From a virus (lineage: Duplodnaviria; Caudoviricetes): DNA of 64,000 nt. Below the pieces are notes generated by a model. The model saw nothing but the letters and a program-made list of their open reading frames with translations. It did no database searches and had not been told where the DNA came from. The stretch spans positions 64,001 through 128,000 of IMG/VR virus record IMGVR_UViG_3300001528_000360; one strand, 5' to 3'. Position 1 is the stretch's first letter. Every line of letters starts with the position of its first letter. The position numbers and the translations under genes are program-made. Below, one piece after another: positions 32,204 to 42,660 of this stretch.

Positions 32204-32905
32204 TTAATTTTCCTTATAAAAATCTTTATTAATATTATAATTAGTTGAATATGCTTTGACATTGACTCCATTTACCTGTATGGTATTTATAGCATCAGTT
32301 ATGCAATTAACACTATCTAGGAGTGTAGCATTAAATATATAGTGTTTTCGCTCATCTTTTCCTTCAGTATCCCATTCGTGAATTACTCTATTATTATTAT
32401 CATACTCTTTCCATTCTTCATATCCATTAGATCTTTTAGTATGAATTAAATTTCCTTTATTATCATACTCTTTCCATTCTTCTAAACCATTTTTATCCTT
32501 ATGATAAATAATTTGATTTTGTTCATTATAATCTATAAATTCTTCTGAAATATCTTTATTTGAATTAATTGATTTTGAATATGTCATTTTTCCAGATGCA
32601 TTATATTCATACCAATTTTCATTACCTTCATTATCTAAACTATGGATTATATTCTTATTTTTATCAGTTTCATACCATGATTCAGTACCATTTGCTGAAA
32701 CTTTATGATACTCTGTATCATTATTTCTTGATTCTGTGATACTAGTTATATCATGATATATAAAAGAAAATATTGCATCATTAAAAGATAATTTTACTGA
32801 TGGATCATCTTTACTCCACCAATTAACATTTTTAAATAATGCAAATGGGTATAAAAATTGAATTCTATCATAATCCCTGATATCATTGGATTCAAATAAA
32901 TTCAT
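32204..32905 (-). CDS. YD-like repeat protein
   Basis: Repeated G.EEWKEYD..GN.IH units of about 22 aa. Confidence 0.7.
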   Translation of the reverse strand: MNLFESNDIRDYDRIQFLYPFALFKNVNWWSKDDPSVKLSFNDAIFSFIYHDITSITESRNNDTEYHKVSANGTESWYETDKNKNIIHSLDNEGNENWYEYNASGKMTYSKSINSNKDISEEFIDYNEQNQIIYHKDKNGLEEWKEYDNKGNLIHTKRSNGYEEWKEYDNNNRVIHEWDTEGKDERKHYIFNATLLDSVNCITDAINTIQVNGVNVKAYSTNYNINKDFYKEN

Positions 32906-32977
32906 AATGAATTCTCCTTATAAAAAATTATAATAATACATGGTATAGAATTTCTCTATACCATGTATTAAATTTAT

Positions 32978-35807
32978 TTAAAGTTTCTCTTTATAAAATG
33001 GATCTAAGAAGGATTTACCACTCTTCTTAAATGTTAACGGTGAAGTTAACTGTCTTCCTAAGAATTGAGAGGACAAACCAATCAAAACAGATTCATGTTT
33101 TTCTAATGCAGAACTAATTGTTAACATTTGTGTGTCAGCAATTGCATCATAACGCTTAAAATCGGGTCTCTCCAAAACATCATCAATAGAACGAATCAGA
33201 GGAGCAAGCATTACTTCAGCATGAACACTCTGTACATTAATTTTAGATTCAATTAACAAATCAAGAAATACTTGTGCAAGTTCATGAATATTAGTAATTC
33301 CGAGTTCTGCGCGTTTTTCTTTGGTATCGAGTAAACCCATTATCTGATACAGGGGTCTTGTTAATTCTGCATTTTCAATTTGTAATAAGAATAATTTTCC
33401 ATCATCAGGAATATCATTAAATTTAATTTCTGTAAAATTCTCTTTCTGTTTCTTATTCTTTTTAATTAATTCTTTCAATTCAGGACTGATATACATTTCT
33501 TTTCCAGTTTTCTCAGTAATTTCGAAAATTTCACCAGTCTTATTATTCTTAACACTAAAGAGAGTTAAGAATTCATTTAAATCACCTTCGTCAAGAGCAC
33601 TAAGTGTAACAATATTATCGTTGATAATTAGCAATGAGTAATCTTCAATATCATAGTCTCCTTCAATGTTAATACTAATCTCATTAGCATTAAGATTAAA
33701 GAACTTATAGAAATTTTCATCAAATTCAATAGTTTCTGAATTTGTTGTTAGCAAATGTTTAGAAGATAGAACTGACTGTGATAAAGGATTTGTTATTACC
33801 GCACCAGCGTATGAACCAATCCCAACGCCACCACAATTAGTATGAAATAGTATTGGACCATAGCAATCTTTACAAATACCTTTATGAGATGCACATGTTA
33901 TTGGAGATTTAACAAGAATCTTTTTACCAATAACGAATCTATCATTTTCTGTTAAAACACTATAATTTCTCTGATTAGGAAGACGATACATTCTTCCAAT
34001 TAATCTCTTGAAGTGTTCTTCAGTTTTAATCTCAAATTCAATAGGATGTACTGATCTGCAACTTTTTTCATCATCTCTTAACTTCATATTGGATACGAGC
34101 AACATACACTTACGCGCGAAGTAGCCCGATTTCTGAAAATGTTAACATAAGAACGCTACTTCCTATGCAAACTACTATTGTAGTTTCTTTATGTTTCCAT
34201 AAAGCACAGACTATATCTTCAACCTATATTAAGGTTGCCTCTCATTTCCATTGTCAATCACTTACAATGTACGGTTTGTCACCTAGTCGTTGAACCTTAC
34301 TTATTATAAATAAGTCTTGGCTGCTGATTGTCTACAGCATTACTTGTTTAGAGTTTCCAGCAATTAAAGAGGTTATTTTTCGAACACATTGCTGTGAACG
34401 TGAGCTTTACCAAACCCATTACGTTTTTATTAAAGATAAGAGATTTTCTTCCCGTTTATGTTCATATAGAGTCGTTACTTCTATACCGTCATATTTAATG
34501 ACTGCTCTAATTTACATTAGAGACCAGACTATATCTTCATCTTAATATAAAGATGTCTTCCATTTCCATCCACTTGGATGTACGTGCTAAGCACTAGTCG
34601 TTGAACCTTACTCTATATATAAGAGTCTTGGCTGCTGATTATCTTAATAAAGATTTTCCAGCATTTAAAAAGAATTCACTATAATATCACTATTATAGTG
34701 GGCTTAAAGTTAACCAATGGCGTCAATATAATATCCAGTTACAGTTGACAATCCACCAACTACAAGATTTGAATTAATAGGAATAGGAATAGTTGCACCT
34801 TCAAGAGAAGGTTTCATTCCCATATTAATACTGAACTCCGAAAGCTGTTTCGTTACTACTTTATATTTCTATAAAGACTAGACTATATCATCACCCTTAT
34901 ATTCTGTTACCAAATATAAGGAGCCTACCATTTCCACATTTAAGTGTACTCTACTTGGTTATTCCTATAAGTATTTCTCTTATAGTATCCTTTCGATAGT
35001 CGTTGAACCTTACTTATTATAAATAAGTCTTGGCTGCTGATTGTCTTTGGCTTTACCCATTAAGAGTTCCCAGCAATTAAGTAGGTTTTTCCAATGTATT
35101 ACTACATCTCGGGACAAAATTTTTATTCTATCCTTAATTCCAGTTCCGGATCTCAGCATAGGCTGAAGAACGTTTTCTTCTTGAGATAAGATTTGAATTT
35201 CTTCTCTCATTAATTTATGAAGTTGATCTTCAATTTCACTAGGTTGCATAGCAGGATCAAAATGAGTTCTAATGATTTCATTAAATCTTGGATTCTTATT
35301 AGCAACATCCATAAAGGATTCAATTGACATAGAATTACCAAGAATAATATTAAACTCAGTAGAGATCTTACTAAGATTGAAAATCAAATCATGAATGATC
35401 TTATTTAATTTCTTATTAGAAATTTTATTTCTATAAGGAATAATAATTTTATTATCAATATAATTCTTAATATACTTAGATGAAATAGTATAGCAATCTA
35501 CAAGGAATGTTTTATCAAGATGATCTACAGAGTCAAGAACGATAAGAGGTTCCCAGAAAATTAAGTTCGTTAAGAAATGTCTTAATTGTAATGAAAGAAT
35601 CTCTGTATCAGATTCATGGAATTTGAAATGAACCATACATTCACGAAGTTCTTTATGCTCAAATCCTGCTCTGAGATAATCAAAAATTGATTCAATAAAA
35701 ATTTTGTATTCCTTTGGATCTTCCATCTTTTTCTCAATAATGTACATATTATCGTACAAGAAACTTATAATGTCTTGTACTTCCTTAGGGAGTTGCTCAT
35801 TTGGCAT
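32978..35807 (-). CDS. Multisubunit RNA polymerase beta' subunit, C-terminal part, 4 exons, ~669 aa spliced
   Basis: Exons 35807-35130, 34850-34713, 34452-34414, 34132-32978; bridge helix DAIG|GRKSLIFNKNVMG|KSGYFARK, SPITC...ICKDCYG, trigger-loop region NPLSQSVLSSKH; early motif at 35840. Confidence 0.92.
34133..34413 (-). ncRNA. Group I intron (beta' intron 3), ORF-less, 281 nt
   Basis: Core motifs; P1 UGGGU/GCUCA; ends in G. Confidence 0.93.
34453..34712 (-). ncRNA. Group I intron (beta' intron 2), ORF-less, 260 nt
   Basis: Core motifs; P1 GGU/GCC; ends in G. Confidence 0.92.
34851..35129 (-). ncRNA. Group I intron (beta' intron 1), ORF-less, 279 nt
   Basis: Core motifs; P1 GGAU/GUCC; ends in G. 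Confidence 0.93.
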
Positions 35808-35914
35808 GTTTACATCCTCCTTTAATTATTTCTATATCTATAATATATATCTAAAAACATTTTTGAATAAAATATAAGATAGATAATGATATTACTCATT
35901 ATCTATCTTATATA

Positions 35915-36005
35915 TGGCGGACGCTCAGGGATTCAAACCCTGGATACCTTATCAGGGTATTACAGTTTTCAAGACTGTCGCCTTCGATCACTCGGCCAAA
36001 CGTCC
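35915..36005 (-). tRNA. tRNA-Ser(TGA)
   Basis: Acceptor GGACGTT/AGCGTCC, discriminator G, encoded CCA, anticodon stem ACAGT/ACTGT with loop CTTGAAA, long variable arm; T loop reads TTTGAAT. Confidence 0.92.
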
Positions 36006-36102
36006 ATTATTTATATGTATACAGCTTAATAAAAAGTTATTTTTATCTATTATTATCAAATTAACATTTAAGTAATAATATTGATATAAGGAGGAGATTT
36101 CT

Positions 36103-37239
36103 ATGAATAATGATGATGTCTATACAATTGAAATCTATACGGATGATAATCCTAGACCTTCTTTATTAGATGAAATGCGAGCATTGGGCAGTGCTCCTAA
36201 GAAATCTAAGAAAAAAGAAGATGATTATGATCCTGTAGTATTATCTGATGTTATTTCTAAAGAAAAAAAAGAAAAGAAGAAGAAAAAGAAATCTAAGTTG
36301 TTATTTAGTGACTTAGACTTTGAAACTTCTGAAGATGAAGATGATCCTTCTGGTAAATCTAAGCAAGAAATTGATGAAGATACCTTATTAGATATTGAAT
36401 CAATTATGAATGAGCGTGATGATGAGGATATTGAAGATGAACTTACTGGAAAAGGTAAGAAAGGATATAAAGATTTAAAGAAGAATAAGAATAATTATAA
36501 AAAGGAATTTGCTGAAGAATTAACTCTTCTTTACTCATTACTTGATGAAACTACGAAATTTGGAAGAACTATGGAAAAAGATTTAAATGCTTTGAAAGGT
36601 TCTAAAGTTCGTGGTGTTTCTAAATACACAAATGATTTAGCTCAGTTAGTATTAACAGCTAAACAGAATAAATTAAATATTCTTAAAGAAATCAATGCTA
36701 CTAAGAAGACCATCGCTGATTTGACAATGAAGGCTGATGCTAAGAGTAAGGAAACTGAAGGAAAGAATAATCCTGAGTATCTTGCTTCTGCATACTTTAA
36801 GAATGTCTTGACTCATGGTCGTGGTAATTTCATTGATAATATGACGAATAATAATGATGTTTCTAATTATCAAGATGATGATTATGATTCTATGATTGAT
36901 AGATTAGAAAAAGATAATAAGCCTGATAGTGATGAAGATGTCTATAATAGAATTCTTATGGATAGATTAGAGCATTCAGGAAATCCATATAGAAGTGATG
37001 CTGGAACTAAGTACATAGAGTATGAAAACCGTGGTGTTAAACTCTATGTTAAGAAATGTATTGATACAGGTGATTGGGAATTTGTTGCTATTGATAAAAA
37101 CAAACAACAGATTGATGATTATCCTGTCCCTACTAAGAGAGAAGCAGGTCGTATGAGATTTAGTGATGATGGTGAATACGCTACTGATAGTAAGGGGCGT
37201 ATTTATAATGTGATTGAATATTTCTTGCCTGAAAATTAA
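36103..37239 (+). CDS. Hypothetical late protein (charged, coiled-coil)
   Basis: 378 aa, AGGAGG RBS, late motif at 36063-36075, terminator hairpin near 37252-37284. Confidence 0.75.
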   Translation: MNNDDVYTIEIYTDDNPRPSLLDEMRALGSAPKKSKKKEDDYDPVVLSDVISKEKKEKKKKKKSKLLFSDLDFETSEDEDDPSGKSKQEIDEDTLLDIESIMNERDDEDIEDELTGKGKKGYKDLKKNKNNYKKEFAEELTLLYSLLDETTKFGRTMEKDLNALKGSKVRGVSKYTNDLAQLVLTAKQNKLNILKEINATKKTIADLTMKADAKSKETEGKNNPEYLASAYFKNVLTHGRGNFIDNMTNNNDVSNYQDDDYDSMIDRLEKDNKPDSDEDVYNRILMDRLEHSGNPYRSDAGTKYIEYENRGVKLYVKKCIDTGDWEFVAIDKNKQQIDDYPVPTKREAGRMRFSDDGEYATDSKGRIYNVIEYFLPEN

Positions 37240-37287
37240 AAAAAAATAGTTAATGAGAGCAGAGGTTATTCCTCTGCTCTCATTTTT

Positions 37288-37677
37288 TTAAATGATTTGA
37301 AAACATTCATAAAGAAATCCTTCTTTATCAAATCCAAGTCGTTTATATGGACGTTTGACAATAATTCTATTGCCAATAAATGCAATTTCATAACCTACTT
37401 CAAGAAGAAATCCTTCATAATTGAAACTATCGTCTCTTAAATCAATCCTGATAAATTTTTTATTATCTGCTGTATGTACAGGTTTAACCTGTACGTTATC
37501 ATAAAATCTCATGGTATCAAATTTACCAAATCGACTATCGCGGATCATACTATGAATTCTCTTTTTCATACCACCACGAAACTGATGCCAGCAGGCGATG
37601 TTTTCATGTTCAAAGAACTTTGTTAGCTTTGCTACGATATGGTTAAAATTCTTCTCGGTAATAACAACAGATTTCAT
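37288..37677 (-). CDS. Hypothetical protein
   Basis: 129 aa with AGGAG RBS. Confidence 0.7.
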   Translation of the reverse strand: MKSVVITEKNFNHIVAKLTKFFEHENIACWHQFRGGMKKRIHSMIRDSRFGKFDTMRFYDNVQVKPVHTADNKKFIRIDLRDDSFNYEGFLLEVGYEIAFIGNRIIVKRPYKRLGFDKEGFLYECFQII

Positions 37678-37695
37678 TTTTTTTATAAATCTCCT

Positions 37696-38034
37696 TTACA
37701 TAAGTTCAATGATATTCATTGTATGAGGAATAAGTTCCATTTTCATTCCATTGTCATCAGGAATTCTAATGAATTTACCATAACAATCAGAATTAAATGG
37801 ATCTCGTCCTCTATACCAAAGTCCGAAATGGAGTCCATAACATTCATTATATGGACTCCAAAGAACAATTCCAACATAAGAAGAATTTTTCAACTTGATA
37901 CAATCACCAGTTTTAATTTCTTCTCCATTACAATTGAGTAATTTTGTTGGAACTCCGATTCGCTCTCTTTTATCATGCTTCATTCTAGAAGCATGATAAT
38001 ACCTGTTTTCTTTATGACAATTATTTCGAATCAT
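37696..38034 (-). CDS. Hypothetical protein (YopX C-terminal-like motif)
   Basis: NCNGEEIKTGDCIK resembles the D.NG.EI..GD motif. Confidence 0.6.
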   Translation of the reverse strand: MIRNNCHKENRYYHASRMKHDKRERIGVPTKLLNCNGEEIKTGDCIKLKNSSYVGIVLWSPYNECYGLHFGLWYRGRDPFNSDCYGKFIRIPDDNGMKMELIPHTMNIIELM

Positions 38035-38052
38035 TATGAAAACTCCTTTACA

Positions 38053-38400
38053 TTACTTAATCTCAATATCGAAGTAATTCTGAAAATTGTCATAGCCAGA
38101 ATTAATGAAATCATTATAGACTTCATCAAAATTGAGATTATACTTTTCAGCACAAAGTTCAATAGTCAGAGGACCATTGAACAGGTATTTATCATTTTCA
38201 ATATATACGGATTTATAACGCTCAATGGCATCTGCATTACCTTCATTAAGTTCCATGCGAAGACTATTCATTGCAATGGTGCTGTACTGTTCAGGATACT
38301 TGCTGATAGATCTAACCATGAAAATAGTCATAACGATAATTGTGAGGAGCATGATAATAGAAGTAACGTTATTTCTTCTCTTAGTGATAGTACGTTTCAT
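38053..38400 (-). CDS. Membrane-anchored hypothetical protein
   Basis: N-terminal hydrophobic helix; early motif at 38469-38478. Confidence 0.7.
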   Translation of the reverse strand: MKRTITKRRNNVTSIIMLLTIIVMTIFMVRSISKYPEQYSTIAMNSLRMELNEGNADAIERYKSVYIENDKYLFNGPLTIELCAEKYNLNFDEVYNDFINSGYDNFQNYFDIEIK

Positions 38401-38564
38401 TGTTGTATTCCTTTCTGGTTTAGCAAGTTTTCCTTCTTGATAACATTATTTTTATATTTATTACATTAATAATATATATTTATATTATTCAAAAATACGA
38501 TTTTTATAAAAAAAATAATATATTAGAAAATGGAGTACAGAAATTATCTGTACTCCATTTATTA

Positions 38565-39155
38565 TTAACCAATTTCTAAACCGTGAAGATAATCATCATC
38601 AATATTTAAATCATTCAATAAATCATCAGTATTATCATCATTAATATCATGTAAAGTTAAAGAAGCAATTCTTTCAATAGCTTGTTCAGAATTATGACCA
38701 TCCCATTTAGGAGCTCTAGGAAGTTCTTTTACTTTAAACATATTCCAAAAAGGATCAATATCATAATGATAAGTTGCTTGTCCCATAGGAGTTTCAATTC
38801 CACAAATAAACATCCCTGTATACATCGGTTGATAAGGATCATCATGGAATAAACTCTTCCAAGCGAGTTCAGGATGTTCATTACAAATAGTCATAAAGAG
38901 AATTGCTCTATGATAATATAATTCACTGAATGAGTGATATCCATCAGAAATTTCACCAGTTCTAGTATTAATAGTATCCCGATAATATTTTAACTTACTA
39001 ATTACTCTATCAATATCTCCGATTGCTGTATTTTTAGAACGTTTAAAGAATATAGTTTTAATATTTTCAATATTCTTTATAATACCCTCTAATCTAATAA
39101 TTTCAGACCCAAGATCGAATTTTATCACATTCATGTTATTTTTTATCCTCCTCAT
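38565..39155 (-). CDS. Phage protein with SDGYHSF...WDGH motif
   Basis: ISDGYHSFSELYYHR...GQATYH...APKWDGH, a common phage family. Confidence 0.75.
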   Translation of the reverse strand: MRRIKNNMNVIKFDLGSEIIRLEGIIKNIENIKTIFFKRSKNTAIGDIDRVISKLKYYRDTINTRTGEISDGYHSFSELYYHRAILFMTICNEHPELAWKSLFHDDPYQPMYTGMFICGIETPMGQATYHYDIDPFWNMFKVKELPRAPKWDGHNSEQAIERIASLTLHDINDDNTDDLLNDLNIDDDYLHGLEIG

Positions 39156-39489
39156 CTAAAACTTTTACAATATAAATATCTCCATCCATACGAAGTAATT
39201 CATAATGTTTATTAAATTCTGTCATTGATACAGATTCATCAATTAATAGTTTTTGTTCTGTATAATAACTATTTTTATATTCGTTATACATCAAAAATGT
39301 ACATATTGAAAACACTATCAATCCTGCTAAGAAACCAACTGATGTATCTGAAAAACATCTATTAAATAATAATTCTAATATCACTATAATTAAACATATT
39401 ATACTAGTGACCACCATGAATATTATTCCAATTATTAATCCACTATCATATGCTAAAGATGTGCTTAATACTTTAATACCTTCCATCAT
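39136..39489 (-). CDS. Two-TM membrane protein, paralogue 3
   Basis: MEGIKVLS...SVSMTEFNKHYELL. Confidence 0.75.
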   Translation of the reverse strand: MMEGIKVLSTSLAYDSGLIIGIIFMVVTSIICLIIVILELLFNRCFSDTSVGFLAGLIVFSICTFLMYNEYKNSYYTEQKLLIDESVSMTEFNKHYELLRMDGDIYIVKVLDEEDKK

Positions 39490-39496
39490 AATTCTC

Positions 39497-39835
39497 CTAA
39501 TCTAAAACTTTTACAGTATAAATAGATCCTTCAATATTAAGTACTTCATAATGCTTATTAAAATCATTTATAGATACAGGATCAGCAATAATCACTTTCT
39601 GTTCTATATACTCAGAATTAACATAAGTTTTCCAACCAAAAATTTCAATTAATATACAAATAATAAGGAGTAATGATAATGTTATATAATCACTTAAAGA
39701 TAATGGTTCTTTTTTAATTAAACACCAAATGAGGCATATGATCAAAAATGCACCACATAATCCTATAATTACCATTACACATAATAATTTATCATCATTT
39801 GATATAGTTTCACTTAATACAGTAATTCCTTCCAT
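39497..39835 (-). CDS. Two-TM membrane protein, paralogue 2
   Basis: MEGITVLSET...PVSINDFNKHYEVL. Confidence 0.75.
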   Translation of the reverse strand: MEGITVLSETISNDDKLLCVMVIIGLCGAFLIICLIWCLIKKEPLSLSDYITLSLLLIICILIEIFGWKTYVNSEYIEQKVIIADPVSINDFNKHYEVLNIEGSIYTVKVLD

Positions 39836-39840
39836 TTATA

Positions 39841-40191
39841 TTAATCCCCCATGTCTAAAACTTCTACAAAATAGATTTTATCATTTTTTCTAAGAAGTTT
39901 ATAGTGATCCATAAATTCATTTATAGATACAGAATCATCAACTAATAACTGTTGATTTATATGTTTACTTCCAATATATTTTTTATATATAAGAGCTTCA
40001 CAACCAATAAAAATACCGATAAGTAATATAAGAATTATAGAATGTAATAGTCTTTTAATTCCAATATTAATATTTATAACGTATATAAGATCAATTGCAA
40101 GACCAAGTATAATCATTCCACATATTATTGATAATAAAATATAATTTGTATCATATAATATAGTTTCACTTAATACAGTAATACCTTCCAT
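39841..40191 (-). CDS. Two-TM membrane protein, paralogue 1
   Basis: MEGITVLSET...SVSINEFMDHYKLL. Confidence 0.75.
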   Translation of the reverse strand: MEGITVLSETILYDTNYILLSIICGMIILGLAIDLIYVININIGIKRLLHSIILILLIGIFIGCEALIYKKYIGSKHINQQLLVDDSVSINEFMDHYKLLRKNDKIYFVEVLDMGD

Positions 40192-40230
40192 TTCAATATC
40201 CTTTCTTAATAAAAATATAAGTTGGCTACA

Positions 40231-40752
40231 TTAAGTAGCCAACTTATTTAATTCAATGATTTTATCTAAACTTACTGGTTTATAGTCCCATCTTTCTACA
40301 CTTACACAAGCAGTTTGTTTCGTAATTGTACGATACATTTCACTACTGTGTACATGTCCGTATAGATAAAAATATGGGGTTGCTTCATTAAAATATGCCG
40401 GTGGTTTATGAGATAATACAAAGAAGTCATTAAAGATAATAGGATATTTATATACTTCAGCAAATCCTACGTCATACCACCATTTAAGACTTCTTGCAGT
40501 ATCATGATTACCTTCAATTAAAATTTTTCTCCCTTTAAGCTTTGAGAGTATTTCCGCAGTCTGTTCTTTGTTACGAAATGTAACATCTCCTAAATGAAAT
40601 ACAGTATCACTAGAAGTTACCACAGAATTCCAATTTTTAATAAGTTCTTTATCCATGATATCCACATCTGCAAATGGTCTTTTCTCATAGTTGAGAATTT
40701 GTTCATGACCAAAATGTGTATCAGCAATTACGAAAATTTTTCCACTAGCCAT
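40231..40752 (-). CDS. Calcineurin-like metallophosphoesterase
   Basis: DTHFGH, HLGD, GNHD, SHKP, GHVH motifs. Confidence 0.92.
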   Translation of the reverse strand: MASGKIFVIADTHFGHEQILNYEKRPFADVDIMDKELIKNWNSVVTSSDTVFHLGDVTFRNKEQTAEILSKLKGRKILIEGNHDTARSLKWWYDVGFAEVYKYPIIFNDFFVLSHKPPAYFNEATPYFYLYGHVHSSEMYRTITKQTACVSVERWDYKPVSLDKIIELNKLAT

Positions 40753-40769
40753 TCATAATCATTCCTTCT

Positions 40770-41678
40770 TTACATATAGTTATAAGAAATTGTATCTGTT
40801 CCTAATTCACGTTTTACCATATTAAATACAGTGTCTGCATATGAACCAGATTCCCCATTATAGGATAACAATGCTCGTCTAAGATCACCATTATTATAAT
40901 CTCTCAGATATTTGATATAAGCAACAGTCATCTCAATATTCAATTCAGGATTTCTCGCATCTACACTATGGTTATAGGTATCTGTATGTCCAAGTAATTT
41001 ATTGTATACAAATTTTCCTGTACTTCCAAGAAACTGTCCTAAACCAGTTGCACTTGATCTTGAATTTTTTGCATTACTATTATATCGAGATTCATGATAA
41101 AATAATTTAGCAATAATATGTGGATTAATATTTGCTTCTTTAGCAAGTTCATCCATAGTCACTAAATTATCTAAGGTTAATTTACTTTCTTCTGGAGTAG
41201 CAGTAATGACATACATATACTTATTTGCAATATTATATAATGTCTCTCCAGAGTAACCAATTAGTTCTTGATAATTAGTATACTCTTCATAAAGATCATT
41301 ATACATAGTAGATGTTTCATTTACTGTATTCTGTAAAGTAGTATTAAAATCATTTACCTCTTTAATACCAGATTCCAATTCTTCAATTCTATTCAAATGC
41401 TCAGTTTGAGTTGCTAAGAGTTCTTTATTCTCAGCTCTTAAATTACTAATAATACTACTAGTAATAATAGAGGTTAATACAATTCCAAGAACCATACTAA
41501 CTGCACAACATGTGAGAAATAATTTGTGGGCTAATACAAATTCTTGTAATCGTGCTTTTAGAGTTTTCTTTTTACTAAGTCTCTTTCCTCTGTAACTAGC
41601 AATAGTAGCCCTTCTACGGATGCTATCAGTGATTACTCTGTCTGATGCTACATTAACAGATATAACCTTACTATACAT
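40770..41678 (-). CDS. Membrane-anchored lytic transglycosylase (SLT domain)
   Basis: TM helix, coiled coil, then HESRYN...SSATGLGQF...NIEM...ALLSYN. Confidence 0.88.
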   Translation of the reverse strand: MYSKVISVNVASDRVITDSIRRRATIASYRGKRLSKKKTLKARLQEFVLAHKLFLTCCAVSMVLGIVLTSIITSSIISNLRAENKELLATQTEHLNRIEELESGIKEVNDFNTTLQNTVNETSTMYNDLYEEYTNYQELIGYSGETLYNIANKYMYVITATPEESKLTLDNLVTMDELAKEANINPHIIAKLFYHESRYNSNAKNSRSSATGLGQFLGSTGKFVYNKLLGHTDTYNHSVDARNPELNIEMTVAYIKYLRDYNNGDLRRALLSYNGESGSYADTVFNMVKRELGTDTISYNYM

Positions 41679-41681
41679 TTG

Positions 41682-41873
41682 TCACATCACCTTTTCAATA
41701 ATTTTTTCAAATAAGAATAATACTAGTAATAATACACTAGCAATTCCTATAAACACTGCGATATAATGTTGATATGAAGTATTTATTTTTGGATACTTAT
41801 ATAAGATTTTTGAAAATATCAACAATGATGCTAACAACCATAAACTAGTTAGTAGCAATCCATCAGATGTCAT
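41682..41873 (-). CDS. Small two-TM membrane protein
   Basis: 63 aa, AGGAGG RBS. Confidence 0.65.
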   Translation of the reverse strand: MTSDGLLLTSLWLLASLLIFSKILYKYPKINTSYQHYIAVFIGIASVLLLVLFLFEKIIEKVM

Positions 41874-41892
41874 AAAACATATCCTCCTTATG

Positions 41893-42561
41893 TTATTTCA
41901 TAAATGTTGCTACAGGAATACAACTGAAATCTTCATCATAAAACCAGTCTTCTAATTCTGTATCACGAACTTTTTCTTTATTTAAAATAGTTGAAAAATA
42001 ACAACAACGTATATCATTGTTAAAATCAATTATTTTATGAATATCATTTACACTTTCCTCATTATATACAGAAATATCTAAAATACCATATTGACCACTA
42101 TTATTTTTTGTCAATTCTTTTTCAAGATAATTTGTCTTAGTAGTCTCTCCTCTATGATAAAGTTTATAGTCTCCATAAAGAATACCATAATCATAGCAAT
42201 TATAAAAACCTAATATACCTTCAAATTCTTTAATATCTTCCGGACACTTTAAGAAAAATACTTCAGAATAAATTTGATCTAATGATGGTGATAAAAAGAT
42301 ATATCTATGATAAGCATGTTTAGCTAATATATCTTTTGAATCAATGATAGATGATCTACCGAGTATAGCTAATCCATCAGCTGACAAATTATAAATAGAT
42401 AATTTTACAAAACTTTTATTTAATTTCAGATATTTATTTCCTATTTTTGATAATGCTTCTTTAATATCAAAAGATATAATTTTATCTTCAGGGCGACCAA
42501 AATCTTCAATAACAACATAATTATTTGGTAGATACAATTTATCTAAATATTTAGTTTTCAT
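41893..42561 (-). CDS. Hypothetical protein
   Basis: 222 aa; early motif at 42621-42630. Confidence 0.7.
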   Translation of the reverse strand: MKTKYLDKLYLPNNYVVIEDFGRPEDKIISFDIKEALSKIGNKYLKLNKSFVKLSIYNLSADGLAILGRSSIIDSKDILAKHAYHRYIFLSPSLDQIYSEVFFLKCPEDIKEFEGILGFYNCYDYGILYGDYKLYHRGETTKTNYLEKELTKNNSGQYGILDISVYNEESVNDIHKIIDFNNDIRCCYFSTILNKEKVRDTELEDWFYDEDFSCIPVATFMK

Positions 42562-42660
42562 ATATCAAACATCCTTATTTTATTAATATTATAAGCATAT
42601 GGATTTACTTCCATATGCTTATAATATATATTTAATTTTTAAGTTAAAACTATTTATTAT

